A stretch of DNA of 32,000 nt. It comes from Promethearchaeota archaeon (lineage in GTDB: Archaea > Asgardarchaeota > Lokiarchaeia > Sigyniarchaeales > SOKP01). The position numbers and the translations under genes were made by a program. This document shows, piece by piece, positions 17,322 through 27,680 of this stretch. The stretch lies in contig JAUWGH010000005.1 in NCBI GenBank assembly GCA_030606485.1, positions 210,001-242,000 of the forward strand, read 5' to 3'. Every line of letters begins with the position of its first letter. Position 1 is the first letter of the stretch. The notes under the pieces were generated by a model. That model was not told where the DNA came from. It saw only the letters and a list, made by a program, of their open reading frames with translations, and did no database searches.

Positions 17322-18578
17322 ATGATTTTTAATAAAAACCTTCAAATATTTGATTTACCAGAAAAAACAATTGATTTTTTCTGTGACGGCTGTAGATCAG
17401 ACGAGATTATCGAGTCTGATGGTGGTTATGTTTGTAAAAATTGTGGATTAACATTAGATTTACCGATCTTTCAATATAACTCTCCCTATAATCAAGATTC
17501 AATTCAAGTTTATTCTAATGAACTTAAGAAAACAACAAAATTGGGGACTAATTTAGAAAGGAGAGCAAATTCACGCTCTGTTGAGTTAGAGCGAATGTCT
17601 AAGATGCAAAGGATTTCTAATGAATATAGCAATTTAGTACTTCAAATAGCTGATTCAGAATTTAATCGTATCATAACTGCCCTTCATCTTCCTAATTCGT
17701 TAAAAATTGATTGTCTCTTCGTTTTTAAGAATATTTGGAAAAATTTAAAAAAAGGAACTAAAGGAAGATCTGCCGAGAAGTTAGTCCCCGTTATTCTCTT
17801 TATGGTTTCAAAAGTAAAAGCAATCAATTTCGATTTTATAAAATTTAAAAACATTTTAAACGTAAGTAAAAGCGATTTTAAAGCGATTTTAATGGAAGCA
17901 TCTCGCTATTATCCAGCTTACGCTAAGAGAGATAGAAAACAATTGATCCTTAAAAAAATATATGAAATTTGTTTATCCTTTAATTTTAACAATGATTTCA
18001 CAAAAATTGCAAATATTATACTACTGAGATTTTGGCCATTTATCAAAAATACAAAAGATGATGTGATTGCAGGTGTGGTGACCACCTTAACAATGATTGC
18101 TAAAGACATTAATTCCGTTTCGATCTCAAGTATTTGTGATAAGATTGGAATTAAAATGAGCACAATTAATTACCAAGTTAAAAATCATATTTTCAGTAAA
18201 AAGAAAATTTCAGGATTTAGAAGTTTAGTAAATTCATCAAATTTGATAAAAGAAGTAATCGAAGGTGTTGTGTTTGATACACAAATAGTTTTACCTGAAA
18301 TTAATCAAGATCTCTCAGTTGGGAAAGAAATTGATGAATCTGATAAAAGTGAAATTGTTATTATAGATCTAAAAAATGAAAACGAACATCATTTTAATGT
18401 AAGTTTGAATGATTTTCGAGAGATAATACCTCATAATTTACATTCTGGATCACTTCAATTTACCATAAATACTTATCCACTTAATCTTTTAGAGAACTAT
18501 ACAAATATAATAAATAGGAGCGATTTTCAAATTTTAAAATTAAATAAAAGGCATCCGAAAAAGGGCCCTCCTATATAA
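17322..18578 (+). CDS. Divergent TFIIB/TFB-like protein (Zn ribbon plus cyclin-like repeats plus C-terminal extension)
   Basis: C21xxC24...C38xxC41 ribbon (CDGCRSDEIIESDGGYVCKNCG), then RIITALHLPNSLK...KGTKGRSAEKLVPVILF, resembling TFB cyclin repeat 1. Confidence 0.7.
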   Translation: MIFNKNLQIFDLPEKTIDFFCDGCRSDEIIESDGGYVCKNCGLTLDLPIFQYNSPYNQDSIQVYSNELKKTTKLGTNLERRANSRSVELERMSKMQRISNEYSNLVLQIADSEFNRIITALHLPNSLKIDCLFVFKNIWKNLKKGTKGRSAEKLVPVILFMVSKVKAINFDFIKFKNILNVSKSDFKAILMEASRYYPAYAKRDRKQLILKKIYEICLSFNFNNDFTKIANIILLRFWPFIKNTKDDVIAGVVTTLTMIAKDINSVSISSICDKIGIKMSTINYQVKNHIFSKKKISGFRSLVNSSNLIKEVIEGVVFDTQIVLPEINQDLSVGKEIDESDKSEIVIIDLKNENEHHFNVSLNDFREIIPHNLHSGSLQFTINTYPLNLLENYTNIINRSDFQILKLNKRHPKKGPPI

Positions 18579-18660
18579 GTTTTAATTACTTCCTTTTTTT
18601 CTCTCCTTTTAATAAATTTTTTTTAAAGTTCCTCCACGCTCTAAAAAACGTGTGAAAGGT

Positions 18661-19857
18661 TTAAAATAAACTGATAATCAAATAAACGATTAATAATAAA
18701 CCAAAACAGATAAATACGGGAAATGCCACATATTTGAAAGCTTTTTTATAGTCAGTTTTGAAGTATTGAATGCTATATGCAAGGCATGGATGAAGTGGGG
18801 TCATTAAATAGCCTAAAAATGTAGCAAAATATAGAAATACAAAATCAAGTAGGGGCATAATTGTTAAAATGTTTTGGATTAAATAAATCGGAATTAAAAT
18901 AGAAATTGGTAATAGAACGCGCCCTAAAGCAAATCCAAGGAAAAATCCGATGCAAATTAATAATATAAACGGTAGTTCTAATGCTCCAATATCTTCAGGC
19001 ACCCCTGATTTTATAAATATCTCTAAAAATAAGAACATTGCAAAAATTAAAAGTGGAAATCGCCAAATTTTCATTTTTTTGGCAATACTTCTTATAGATG
19101 AGAATGGCATTTCTGCAAATTTTAAAGCAACCCAAATACTCAGACATAATCCAATAAGTAGAAAAATCTCTGGAATGGAAAGATTTAGAAATGTTCTACC
19201 AAAAAAATCAATAATTGGGGCTATTACAATAGGAATAAGATTAATGAAAACTCTTTTCAGATCGCGAGTATTTATCTCTTCCGTTTTTTCAACTTGCTGG
19301 AGTAATGTGAAATATCCAATAATTATCATAACGATGAATGGAATAATCATAGCTACAATGATAATATACAATGAAATTCCAGATAAAACACTAGCTACAA
19401 GTAAAGTTGATGATAAAGGATATATTAAAATTAATGCATGCCGATACCATACATTGATACCAACCTTACGATTAGCATTAAGATTTGGATCTATTTGATC
19501 TACTATTGGGGCGGACATTAAGGCACCACCTGCTACTGGTAGCAGCCCAAAAAGCCCAGGGGAAACCATTAAGGCTGTTTTCTTAGAAACATTCATTTTT
19601 TGAACCAATTCAAGCATTAAGCCTGACTCTTCCATTATCCCACCAAGAATAGGAATGAGAGTTACACAAAGTGCTAATAGGATAATTGAAGGATCTATAA
19701 AAACTGTAATAATTGAGTTTAGTATATCTACTTGAGTTAATAATCCAAATAATAGTGCCCCAATAAATAAAACGATGCCTAACTCTTTTTTAGAAAAAAT
19801 AATAATTAATGCAATTATCAGAAGAAAGCTTAGCCAAGGTGGTATCGGTGGTATCAC
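18661..19857 (-). CDS. DUF401-family / IT-superfamily multi-pass transporter-like protein
   Basis: About 11-12 TM segments; motifs LGGIMEESG, GLLPVAGGALMSAP, WYRH and LMTPLHPCL. Confidence 0.75.
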   Translation of the reverse strand: MIPPIPPWLSFLLIIALIIIFSKKELGIVLFIGALLFGLLTQVDILNSIITVFIDPSIILLALCVTLIPILGGIMEESGLMLELVQKMNVSKKTALMVSPGLFGLLPVAGGALMSAPIVDQIDPNLNANRKVGINVWYRHALILIYPLSSTLLVASVLSGISLYIIIVAMIIPFIVMIIIGYFTLLQQVEKTEEINTRDLKRVFINLIPIVIAPIIDFFGRTFLNLSIPEIFLLIGLCLSIWVALKFAEMPFSSIRSIAKKMKIWRFPLLIFAMFLFLEIFIKSGVPEDIGALELPFILLICIGFFLGFALGRVLLPISILIPIYLIQNILTIMPLLDFVFLYFATFLGYLMTPLHPCLAYSIQYFKTDYKKAFKYVAFPVFICFGLLLIVYLIISLF

Positions 19858-20018
19858 AATAAAAAAAATATTTATTCACTTAAAAATCGTTTCAAATATA
19901 TAATTTATTTTGTTTGAATAAAAAACAAGACAATTTCGTAAAAGAAATAACATAATTTATAAATAATTATGATTAAAATATTTATAATCGAAATCTTTTT
20001 TAAGAGGTTTGTTAAATA

Positions 20019-20531
20019 ATGAGTGCTGGAAAATTTTTTTGTATATTGGCTGGAATTTTAACGATAGTTGCAACATACGTTCTATCTTTATTTTCATTTG
20101 AATTTTTTTTTGTAACCGTGTATGTATGGGGAATAAGTTCAATTAAAAAAATCCCAGAGATGTTTACGAATCCAGATGCATATGCCACTTTATTAAGTTT
20201 ACCGACTTATGCAATTTATATTTTTGCAGTCGTTATTATTTTTTTCTTGATTTCAGGGATCTTTCAGTTAATTGGTGTAAAAAGTCGCGTATTAGTGATT
20301 CTAGGCTCAATCTTACCAATTTTAATAGGTATATATATTTTATTATTTGGTTTTGGGGTTCTTCCTACGGAATTGAATGCATATTCATTTGTGTTTTGGG
20401 ATAGCGAGCCATTAATAGAAGGAATAATTCCGCTTAAAATATTAGAACTCAACACAGTGGATATTGGGACATACGTATTAATTGGAGGAGGCTTTTTAGG
20501 TCTTATTGGAGGTTTTGCAGGCAGAGATTAA
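20019..20531 (+). CDS. 4-TM hypothetical membrane protein
   Basis: Four hydrophobic helices; followed by a T-rich tract at about 20543-20552. Confidence 0.75.
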   Translation: MSAGKFFCILAGILTIVATYVLSLFSFEFFFVTVYVWGISSIKKIPEMFTNPDAYATLLSLPTYAIYIFAVVIIFFLISGIFQLIGVKSRVLVILGSILPILIGIYILLFGFGVLPTELNAYSFVFWDSEPLIEGIIPLKILELNTVDIGTYVLIGGGFLGLIGGFAGRD

Positions 20532-20701
20532 TAACATTTAATTTTTTTTTTATTATATTATTTTTTCTCGATATTTCTTTAATTAAGACTTCCAATAATT
20601 AAAAAAAAAAGGAAAATGATTATATTATAATTTAGATCACTCTATATCTCTAAAAAACATGAAATATTAATGATTTAAGGAATATTATTGAGTTTTTAAG
20701 C

Positions 20702-21121
20702 TTATTTAATTTTTGAAAATGATTTCTTATATTCTTCTGGATTTCCACCAGCTTCAATATAATCAACATATACTTTTAAACTCTTTAAAAATAAATCTGC
20801 TGCTATTTCCATAACACTTCTTTGGTCCTCCAATTCAAATTCGCACCAAAGCGTGACTTCAACACCTTCATCCACGGGTTTAAAAATATATCCCATTGAA
20901 GTCATTGGGCTTCCCTCTTGTGTCGATGTCAATCTCTCATTTGGAATATTTTCTATTTCAGTATTGTAAATGTCTCCAACATTTGTTTTAAAGAAGAATT
21001 TTCCTGGTTCAATTTCAGTAGCTTCATTTACAACAATATTCCATCTAGATAAAGTTGAATAGTCCTTCATTATATCATAAACTTTATTCACAGCCGCTTT
21101 AATTATTAGTTTTTTATCCAT
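20702..21121 (-). CDS. SRPBCC/START-fold (polyketide cyclase-like) protein; ATG 21121 preferred over 21139
   Basis: IIKAAVNKVYDIMKDYSTLSRWN N-terminal pattern and a C-terminal helix (FLKSLKVYVD) typical of the helix-grip fold. Confidence 0.8.
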   Translation of the reverse strand: MDKKLIIKAAVNKVYDIMKDYSTLSRWNIVVNEATEIEPGKFFFKTNVGDIYNTEIENIPNERLTSTQEGSPMTSMGYIFKPVDEGVEVTLWCEFELEDQRSVMEIAADLFLKSLKVYVDYIEAGGNPEEYKKSFSKIK

Positions 21122-21275
21122 TCTTGGCAAAAAAAACAACTCTTTTAGATTTTTTTCAAGTTTGCTTTTATATGATTTATTTATTTAAAGTTATATATAA
21201 AAATTTTCATGAATTTCTTTCTAATTTGGAAATTATGTTAATTTTTCTTTATATATTTATATTTGTAGTCTTTTT

Positions 21276-24200
21276 TTGATTAAATTGACTAAACTTAAAC
21301 ACAAAATATTGGTTGGAAGTCTAATAATATTCATTTTTGGGATGGCTGGATTTATTTCTATATTATCATCTAATAAAACAGTATCGACTGATTTTTCCCA
21401 AGTAAATATGAAACGTATAAACTCATCAGCATCAGGTCTAAATCAATCCGAAATAAATGATTTATTAGATGGAAGATTAGCAAAATATAATCTGTATGGT
21501 CATTTTGAGGAATATTATGTCCCCTCCATAAGAGATACTTATTTTGCTTTATATATTTTGGATGCAATCGGAAAATTAAATCAAACTGACAAGGTTGCTA
21601 TTTCCAATTACATTATGAATCATTACAATGCAATAAATAATGAGTTTCAAGATGATTATTCACTTAGATTCTTTGATCTCGATAATTCCGAAGCATATTA
21701 CCAAAATTCCCCCCTATTAACCTACTGCTATGCAGTTCTTTCATTAATACTATTAGATCAATTAGATTCTTTAGTCCCAGCAGATATTATGAATTATATC
21801 TGGAATTGTTTCGATTCAAATTCAGGCGGGTTCTTTGGTTTTCCCACTCCTGATAAATCACCTCAGAACATTACAACTGCCGAAAATACTTTTTTCGCCG
21901 TAATCGTTTTAAATGAATTAAGTATTGACTGGGACCTCTATGTTATTCAAAAAACTCAAATTATATCTTTCTTAAATTTACTTCAAATTCAAAGTCCTTA
22001 TAACCCATTTACTCATGGAGGTTTTAATAACGATTTAGAAGATACTGTAGATACCGTTTTAAGATATGATCCAAACTTAAGATCTGCTTTTTTTACAATA
22101 AATACACTAAATTCATTGAATATGTTAAGCGCAATAAATATTGATAATTTCTTGCAATATATTGGAGGATTATATAATTCAGATTCAGGATGTTTCTATT
22201 ATAATTATTTTTTTAGAAATGGGTCCCAAATCAGCTATAATATTTTTTCTACAGGTTTAGGGATGGAACTTGCCGACCTGGTCGGTTATAATTATGATGA
22301 TATACTTTCATTGAATTTTTTATTAAACATAAGAATGAGCGGTGGAGGCTGGGAAAATACACAATATTTAGGGAATTATGAATTAATAGATACGTATGAG
22401 GTTATTCGATATTTCAAAAGAAATAATAAACTTTCCTATATAGATAATTTAACAAAAGAAGAGATTTATCATTTCATTTTACGATTTCACCAATTCAATG
22501 GGTTTTCATCTTTATCGAAAGACCACACTTCGTTGAAAGTTATTAGTAATACGATTAAATCTTTTAAATTAAATAATAGAATTTGGGATTTAAATCCATA
22601 CATTCAAGATTTATATGATGTTATAGAATCGGCTCATAAATACTATGAGTTTGGAGATCTAGGTGAAGGTACTTGGTACGGACCAGTTGCTACAAACTTA
22701 TCCAGTGTCAATTACAGAACGGCTCCATTGGAATATAAAGGAACCAGGAGCCATAATTATTCCCAAAATATAGGATTTTTACATTCCGCTGAGCAAATTT
22801 TTTACGCTCTTTCTGCTTTAGATGACATCTTTAAGCTAGACGACTTTTCTTCAGCAAATAACCTTACTGAATTACTTGAACATCTAGTAGATTGCCAGTT
22901 TTTAGAAACAGGATATGAAAGATATGGAGGGTTTATTCCAGATTATCAATTTACAATATACCCTCCAGAAAACTATGAAAATTATATTTATCTGCGATAT
23001 GCTTACTTTACCATCAGAAGTATAGAGATTCTCGATACATTCTTAGATGATGGGGATATTACTGATAATGGGATTAATACAACCGCCTTAGTTTCATTTA
23101 TTTCTAAGCAAATAAGAGAGACCGAACAATATTTATATTATGAGCCTTATTATTCCAGTGAAATTGGAGATAATATCGAAAATGCTTATTTTATGGTATA
23201 TATCTTAAAAACTCTTGATTTATATTCCTTAGAAACTGATAAAATTATGAATTATATAATTAATAATATTGATTATTCTAATTTTCGAGATATATATAAT
23301 CTTTTTAAATTATCAAAACTATTGAATTATTCTGTTAAATATAACTTAGATGCAGTTCGAACATTGATTAGGGACTTATATATTAATGAAGATCAAGAAT
23401 TTCTTGAATCTTATAACTCGGAAACATTTGATACCGATGTTCTATATTGGATTTGCGATATTGCTGCAAATGATGAAATTAGATTAAATTATAATATTGA
23501 AGATCCTATTGGGTTGGGTAATTATTTTTCAATTAATGCTATTATTTGTAATTTAATTTTGGATGATTTTGGTTCCACAGCAAATTTAAAATTCGAAAGC
23601 GAAGATTTGGGGGTCTTCGAATTAGAGCATCAAGAGGGTATTTTCTCTAAGGAGATCTATTTACCCCTCAATCCTATGTTTATTTCAGGAATAGTTGGAT
23701 ACTTGAATGTATATATAGGTTTAGAAAAGGTCCTCGAAGTTCCTGTCTCTTTAGAGACCTATATTGATATAATTACTAAACATTCCTACCATAATCTCTC
23801 TTCAGATGCTATAAAAGTTCAATTTAACTATACAATCAAAACTTCGTTTGGGTCTGAAATACTTGAGAATTCCACCATGTATGTTAATATATTTCTCAAT
23901 GATTCATTAAAAGAATCAGGAAATTCTCAATATTATTTTATCGATAACACAGCATATCATGAATTTTTATATAATTTCAGTGATGGGGGTGTATATACTT
24001 TAGAATTCTATATACGTCATCCATATCTCAATCCTGCGATATATTCACCTACTATAGGAAAGAAAGAATTAACTCTACTAATTAATCATTTAAATGTGAG
24101 CGTAATTGACGATACAGACGATAATGAAGACAATGACAATGAAGACCCTAATCTTCCAGATTCGCCAGATGACTCGTCTAATTTTAATCTTCTAATTAAT

Positions 24201-24365
24201 AATATACCTACTATATCAGGTATTTTTGGATTTGCAATTGTTTTAACTGTATCATCAACTATGATAAAGAGAAAGCATAAAAAAGATGAAATAATTGAAA
24301 AAAAAAATAAAATGAAGATAAAAAAAAACAATAAATCAGAAGATAATAAAGATCTGAAATTATAA
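21276..24365 (+). CDS. Large exported, C-terminally anchored protein with prenyltransferase/squalene-oxidase (alpha/alpha barrel) repeats and Ig-like stalk
   Basis: N-terminal hydrophobic signal; repeated GGF/GGW plus TY.A...L..L units; beta-rich region; acidic linker DDTDDNEDNDNEDP; TM helix followed by KRKHKK. Confidence 0.8.
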   Translation: MIKLTKLKHKILVGSLIIFIFGMAGFISILSSNKTVSTDFSQVNMKRINSSASGLNQSEINDLLDGRLAKYNLYGHFEEYYVPSIRDTYFALYILDAIGKLNQTDKVAISNYIMNHYNAINNEFQDDYSLRFFDLDNSEAYYQNSPLLTYCYAVLSLILLDQLDSLVPADIMNYIWNCFDSNSGGFFGFPTPDKSPQNITTAENTFFAVIVLNELSIDWDLYVIQKTQIISFLNLLQIQSPYNPFTHGGFNNDLEDTVDTVLRYDPNLRSAFFTINTLNSLNMLSAINIDNFLQYIGGLYNSDSGCFYYNYFFRNGSQISYNIFSTGLGMELADLVGYNYDDILSLNFLLNIRMSGGGWENTQYLGNYELIDTYEVIRYFKRNNKLSYIDNLTKEEIYHFILRFHQFNGFSSLSKDHTSLKVISNTIKSFKLNNRIWDLNPYIQDLYDVIESAHKYYEFGDLGEGTWYGPVATNLSSVNYRTAPLEYKGTRSHNYSQNIGFLHSAEQIFYALSALDDIFKLDDFSSANNLTELLEHLVDCQFLETGYERYGGFIPDYQFTIYPPENYENYIYLRYAYFTIRSIEILDTFLDDGDITDNGINTTALVSFISKQIRETEQYLYYEPYYSSEIGDNIENAYFMVYILKTLDLYSLETDKIMNYIINNIDYSNFRDIYNLFKLSKLLNYSVKYNLDAVRTLIRDLYINEDQEFLESYNSETFDTDVLYWICDIAANDEIRLNYNIEDPIGLGNYFSINAIICNLILDDFGSTANLKFESEDLGVFELEHQEGIFSKEIYLPLNPMFISGIVGYLNVYIGLEKVLEVPVSLETYIDIITKHSYHNLSSDAIKVQFNYTIKTSFGSEILENSTMYVNIFLNDSLKESGNSQYYFIDNTAYHEFLYNFSDGGVYTLEFYIRHPYLNPAIYSPTIGKKELTLLINHLNVSVIDDTDDNEDNDNEDPNLPDSPDDSSNFNLLINNIPTISGIFGFAIVLTVSSTMIKRKHKKDEIIEKKNKMKIKKNNKSEDNKDLKL

Positions 24366-24392
24366 CAATTTTTTTCATCTGGATTATCTATC

Positions 24393-24950
24393 ATGTCAGA
24401 GTTTTGTTTTAAAAATTGGTATAAGTTTATGGATTTTATACAGGAAAATCTCCTAAATAAGGAAGTAAAATCTTTTAATCTTAATGCTTTATCTAAAAAA
24501 CTAGATTTTACAAAAAATGAATTAATCTTTTTATTTACAATTTTTATTTACGCCTGTGATTACAGCAATAAATATCTTAACAAGATTAATATTAAAATTT
24601 TAAAAGATACAATATATTTTACTTATTCTGAAAACCACATCAAAAAAATTTCATTAAGTATCAAAGATTACAAAGATCTCAGTGATATTATCTACCTTTT
24701 TAAAAATATCCAAAAAGGAAAGGGCTTCGAAATTAATTCAAATTCTAATATTCCTGTAATTATGAAAATCCAAGGATTATATCGACAATATCCCTTTATG
24801 TTTAAGAAATTAAATGGTTACATTTTCCCTTCAGAAATTGGATATAAATTAGGAATTGCAGCACTATCCTTCAAAAGAATAAATCAAATTCCCAAAACAT
24901 TAGATGTATTAAATTATAAATTTAAAATAAAAAAAAAGGAATTTAATTAA
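24393..24950 (+). CDS. Hypothetical protein, possibly winged-helix
   Basis: 185-aa ATG ORF; FKKLNGYIFPSEIGYKLG resembles a wHTH wing. It overlaps the convergent gene by 8 bp. Confidence 0.6.
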   Translation: MSEFCFKNWYKFMDFIQENLLNKEVKSFNLNALSKKLDFTKNELIFLFTIFIYACDYSNKYLNKINIKILKDTIYFTYSENHIKKISLSIKDYKDLSDIIYLFKNIQKGKGFEINSNSNIPVIMKIQGLYRQYPFMFKKLNGYIFPSEIGYKLGIAALSFKRINQIPKTLDVLNYKFKIKKKEFN

Positions 24951-26109
24951 TTTTTATCGATATTCGACGTTTCCGTATTTTTGTTTCTATTAAATACCAT
25001 AAAACACCAAGAGGGATGCAAATCACCCAATTAATAGGTAAGTAAGTAAAACATACAATATAGTTAAAAGGGTTAATCCCAATAATTGATGCACAATAAT
25101 GGTCGCCCCAAATGGCAACAACAACCCCGAAATATAAGATTTGTGCTAATAAGATATGATATGTCGCCTTCCCAATCACAGCAATTGCTTTTGCGAATTT
25201 ACCCTCCGCTCTTTCAGGTAATAATCTCATTCCAATCAGAAATAAGAAAGCTGAGTAAGGAAATATAAATAAATTGTAATCCCCCCTAATAAAGTCAAAT
25301 CGAAAATCGAAAAACATATATATTATAAGATAAATGACACTAAGTGGAAATAAAATCCACATAAATAAATTCCTCTTCTCTGTGATACCGTATCCCATAG
25401 AAAACCACAAACCTAACCCAATAGCAGAAAGATATATAAAAACACTACAAATTATAAAAAGAAAGCTATAATATATTTCCCACGAAGGAAATGGAGGTGG
25501 ACCAAAACAAAAAAAGATAAACAACTGAGCGGCAATTTCAATGACAAAACATGAAATTAGGGTTAATACACTCCAAATTGGTTTGCTTGAAAAACCTTTA
25601 TATAGTAATGGCATGATTAAAATAGATTGGAAAATTATTGGAATAAACCAATTGCCCGGACCCCAAAATGGAAGAATTCCCATAATCAAATTAACTACTC
25701 CAAAATGAGGTAATAATTGAGTTTCAATCATCGCATTAAAATCAAAACTATAAAGAATCAAACCAACAACAGTTGATATTATGTATAGTATTAGAAAAGG
25801 AACTATGTAACGTAGGATTTTATTTTTAAAGTAACTCTTCGAATATAACTCCCTCAATGGGACATCTCCCTTCTGTTTAAATGAATTCCCCATATTGAAA
25901 CCCATAATCACTAAAAAAACCGGAATAGAAATTCTTTCCCAAAGCGCAACCCCCATATCACCTTTTATCGTCCATGGTATTGTATGGTCGAATATAACTA
26001 AAAATATCATTAACGCTTTCATTGCATCTACTTGAAAATAATGAGTCTTGCTCTGTCCCAAATCTTCTGGCTCACTTTTAATTAAATTAACTTCATTCAT
26101 ATTTTTCAT
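24943..26109 (-). CDS. Acyltransferase family 3 (OafA/NodX-like) membrane O-acyltransferase
   Basis: FQVDAMKALMIFLVIFDH, VPVF-like IPVFLVIMG, GNWFI and IGKATYHILLAQ; about 10 TM helices. Confidence 0.85.
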   Translation of the reverse strand: MKNMNEVNLIKSEPEDLGQSKTHYFQVDAMKALMIFLVIFDHTIPWTIKGDMGVALWERISIPVFLVIMGFNMGNSFKQKGDVPLRELYSKSYFKNKILRYIVPFLILYIISTVVGLILYSFDFNAMIETQLLPHFGVVNLIMGILPFWGPGNWFIPIIFQSILIMPLLYKGFSSKPIWSVLTLISCFVIEIAAQLFIFFCFGPPPFPSWEIYYSFLFIICSVFIYLSAIGLGLWFSMGYGITEKRNLFMWILFPLSVIYLIIYMFFDFRFDFIRGDYNLFIFPYSAFLFLIGMRLLPERAEGKFAKAIAVIGKATYHILLAQILYFGVVVAIWGDHYCASIIGINPFNYIVCFTYLPINWVICIPLGVLWYLIETKIRKRRISIKIN

Positions 26110-26254
26110 TAAGATTTTAAAAACACTTATTTCTTATCAAAATTAATTAGATTGTAAATTCTTTAGACCTATATAAGTTTTTTCCCAATAGAATTTTGAA
26201 GTTAATTCTTTCCTTTTGCCTCTAATAACTTGTAAATGTTAAATCTTGTAATTA

Positions 26255-26583
26255 ATGCTTCCCCAAACCTTAGAAATTAAAAAAAACCCTGATTTAATTT
26301 CAATGCCTGTTTTAATAATAGCAGCCGCTTTATCTACCCTTGGTATTCTTATACCTTTAATTTTATGATGAGAAAAATTAGCTTCATTGGATAAAATCTT
26401 AAATGCAATTTGTAAAGAGGTAACAAGGTACTTTTTTTATGGTTAGCTTACTTCAGTAAAAATTCTTAAAGCAAAAACATCAATCTCAATGGATATGGAT
26501 ATTTTTACCACTATTGCAACCGAAAAATCTCTCGAAATAAATATAGGGAAAGTAGATATCATTCAGATTAGATATATTAATTA
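26255..26583 (+). pseudogene. Possible degraded gene remnant
   Basis: A short ORF at 26255-26368 ends in a TM-like stretch (NPDLISMPVLIIAAALSTLGILIPLIL). Coding-like segments follow across stops and frames. Confidence 0.22.
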
Positions 26584-27429
26584 AACCTGTTCTGATTGCA
26601 TGAACTTTTCTAAATCGTTGACGAATTCCTGTGGCTTCTCCCAGTGAAGGCCATGCCCGGTTTCCCGGTATAAATTGAAAATCGAATTGGGAATTCGGCT
26701 TGCAATGGTTTCCTGTTCTTCCAGCGTAAAGAAATCATCGTGATCTCCCCAAACAATCAGTGTAGGCACACTAATTTGACGTAATTGATCGCTGTGGTCT
26801 ATTTTACTCAACCCGGCCAGCACCTCCTTCCACACACGTGCAGGAACTTTCATGCTTTCCGAGACAACTGTCTCCAGAAATTCATTGGGCACGGGGTTAT
26901 GGAGAGTGCTCGACTGAAATTCGTACACAAATTTTCTATCAATGGGGTCTTCTACCGTATCAACAATCTCCCGAAACTGCATGATTCCCTCGTTATTTGC
27001 TGCGGAGGGGGCAGACCCTATGAGAACAAGCCTCGTAACACGATCAGCGTAGTCAATAGCCACTCTCTGTGCAATAAAACTCCCCATCGAATGTCCAACA
27101 ATGGTAGCCTTTTCAATTCCGAGCTTGTTCATGAAGGCTTCGACATCAGCAGCAAAATCGTTGACGCCATAGTGATCCGGTTTTTCCGAGTCACCATGAC
27201 CACGCTGAGTCAGGGAATAGGCGTGATACTCGGTAGATAGTAAGGATAATACAACATTAAACGAATACCAAGAATCGGTGTATCCATGCAAGAAGATTAT
27301 GACTTCACCATCCGTTTTTCCTCTTTCCGCATAGTGCAACCTCACACCCGTTTCTAATTGCACCTCGCTGAATCTGATTTCATCTGGGGGAACAGAACTC
27401 GTTACATCTTTCATAGATTTCTTATACAT
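26581..27429 (-). CDS. Alpha/beta hydrolase (Abhydrolase_1; non-heme chloroperoxidase/esterase-like)
   Basis: FLHGYTDS, QRGHGDS, GHSMG nucleophile, WGDHD acid and GHGLHWE His; visibly GC-richer than its flanks. Confidence 0.92.
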   Translation of the reverse strand: MYKKSMKDVTSSVPPDEIRFSEVQLETGVRLHYAERGKTDGEVIIFLHGYTDSWYSFNVVLSLLSTEYHAYSLTQRGHGDSEKPDHYGVNDFAADVEAFMNKLGIEKATIVGHSMGSFIAQRVAIDYADRVTRLVLIGSAPSAANNEGIMQFREIVDTVEDPIDRKFVYEFQSSTLHNPVPNEFLETVVSESMKVPARVWKEVLAGLSKIDHSDQLRQISVPTLIVWGDHDDFFTLEEQETIASRIPNSIFNLYRETGHGLHWEKPQEFVNDLEKFMQSEQV

Positions 27430-27637
27430 TATTTTTTAATTTTTAATTCATAATGAAATAAAATTATTTAAAAACATTCCTATTTGTTTTTGCCAATAAA
27501 TTCATTAAAATTCAATGCTTTTTATCTCATATCACATTAATTTTTTTGTTGAAATCCAAATTAAAAAAGAGCAAAAAATATTAATTTAACCAAAAATTTT
27601 AAAACTTTAAAAAATAAGGAAAATTATTAATTAAATC

Positions 27638-27645
27638 TTTATAAG
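27638..27645 (+). promoter_or_regulatory. TATA-like TTTATAAG, with GTGAG SD-like element at 27671-27675, upstream of EF-1alpha
   Basis: Positioned about 40 bp and about 6-10 bp upstream of ATG 27681 respectively. Confidence 0.35.
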
Positions 27646-27680
27646 TTCAATATTTAATAAATATCTAAAAGTGAGAATAA

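Noticed and set aside
18950-19498. 182-aa plus-strand ORF
   Set aside because: Antisense to the DUF401 transporter, with the I/K/N-rich composition typical of reverse-read hydrophobic codons.
24086-24394. 102-aa minus-strand ORF with Ser/Leu runs
   Set aside because: Mirror of the acidic linker and basic tail of the 1029-aa gene.
26785-27240. 151-aa plus-strand ORF
   Set aside because: Antisense to the hydrolase; a by-product of higher GC.
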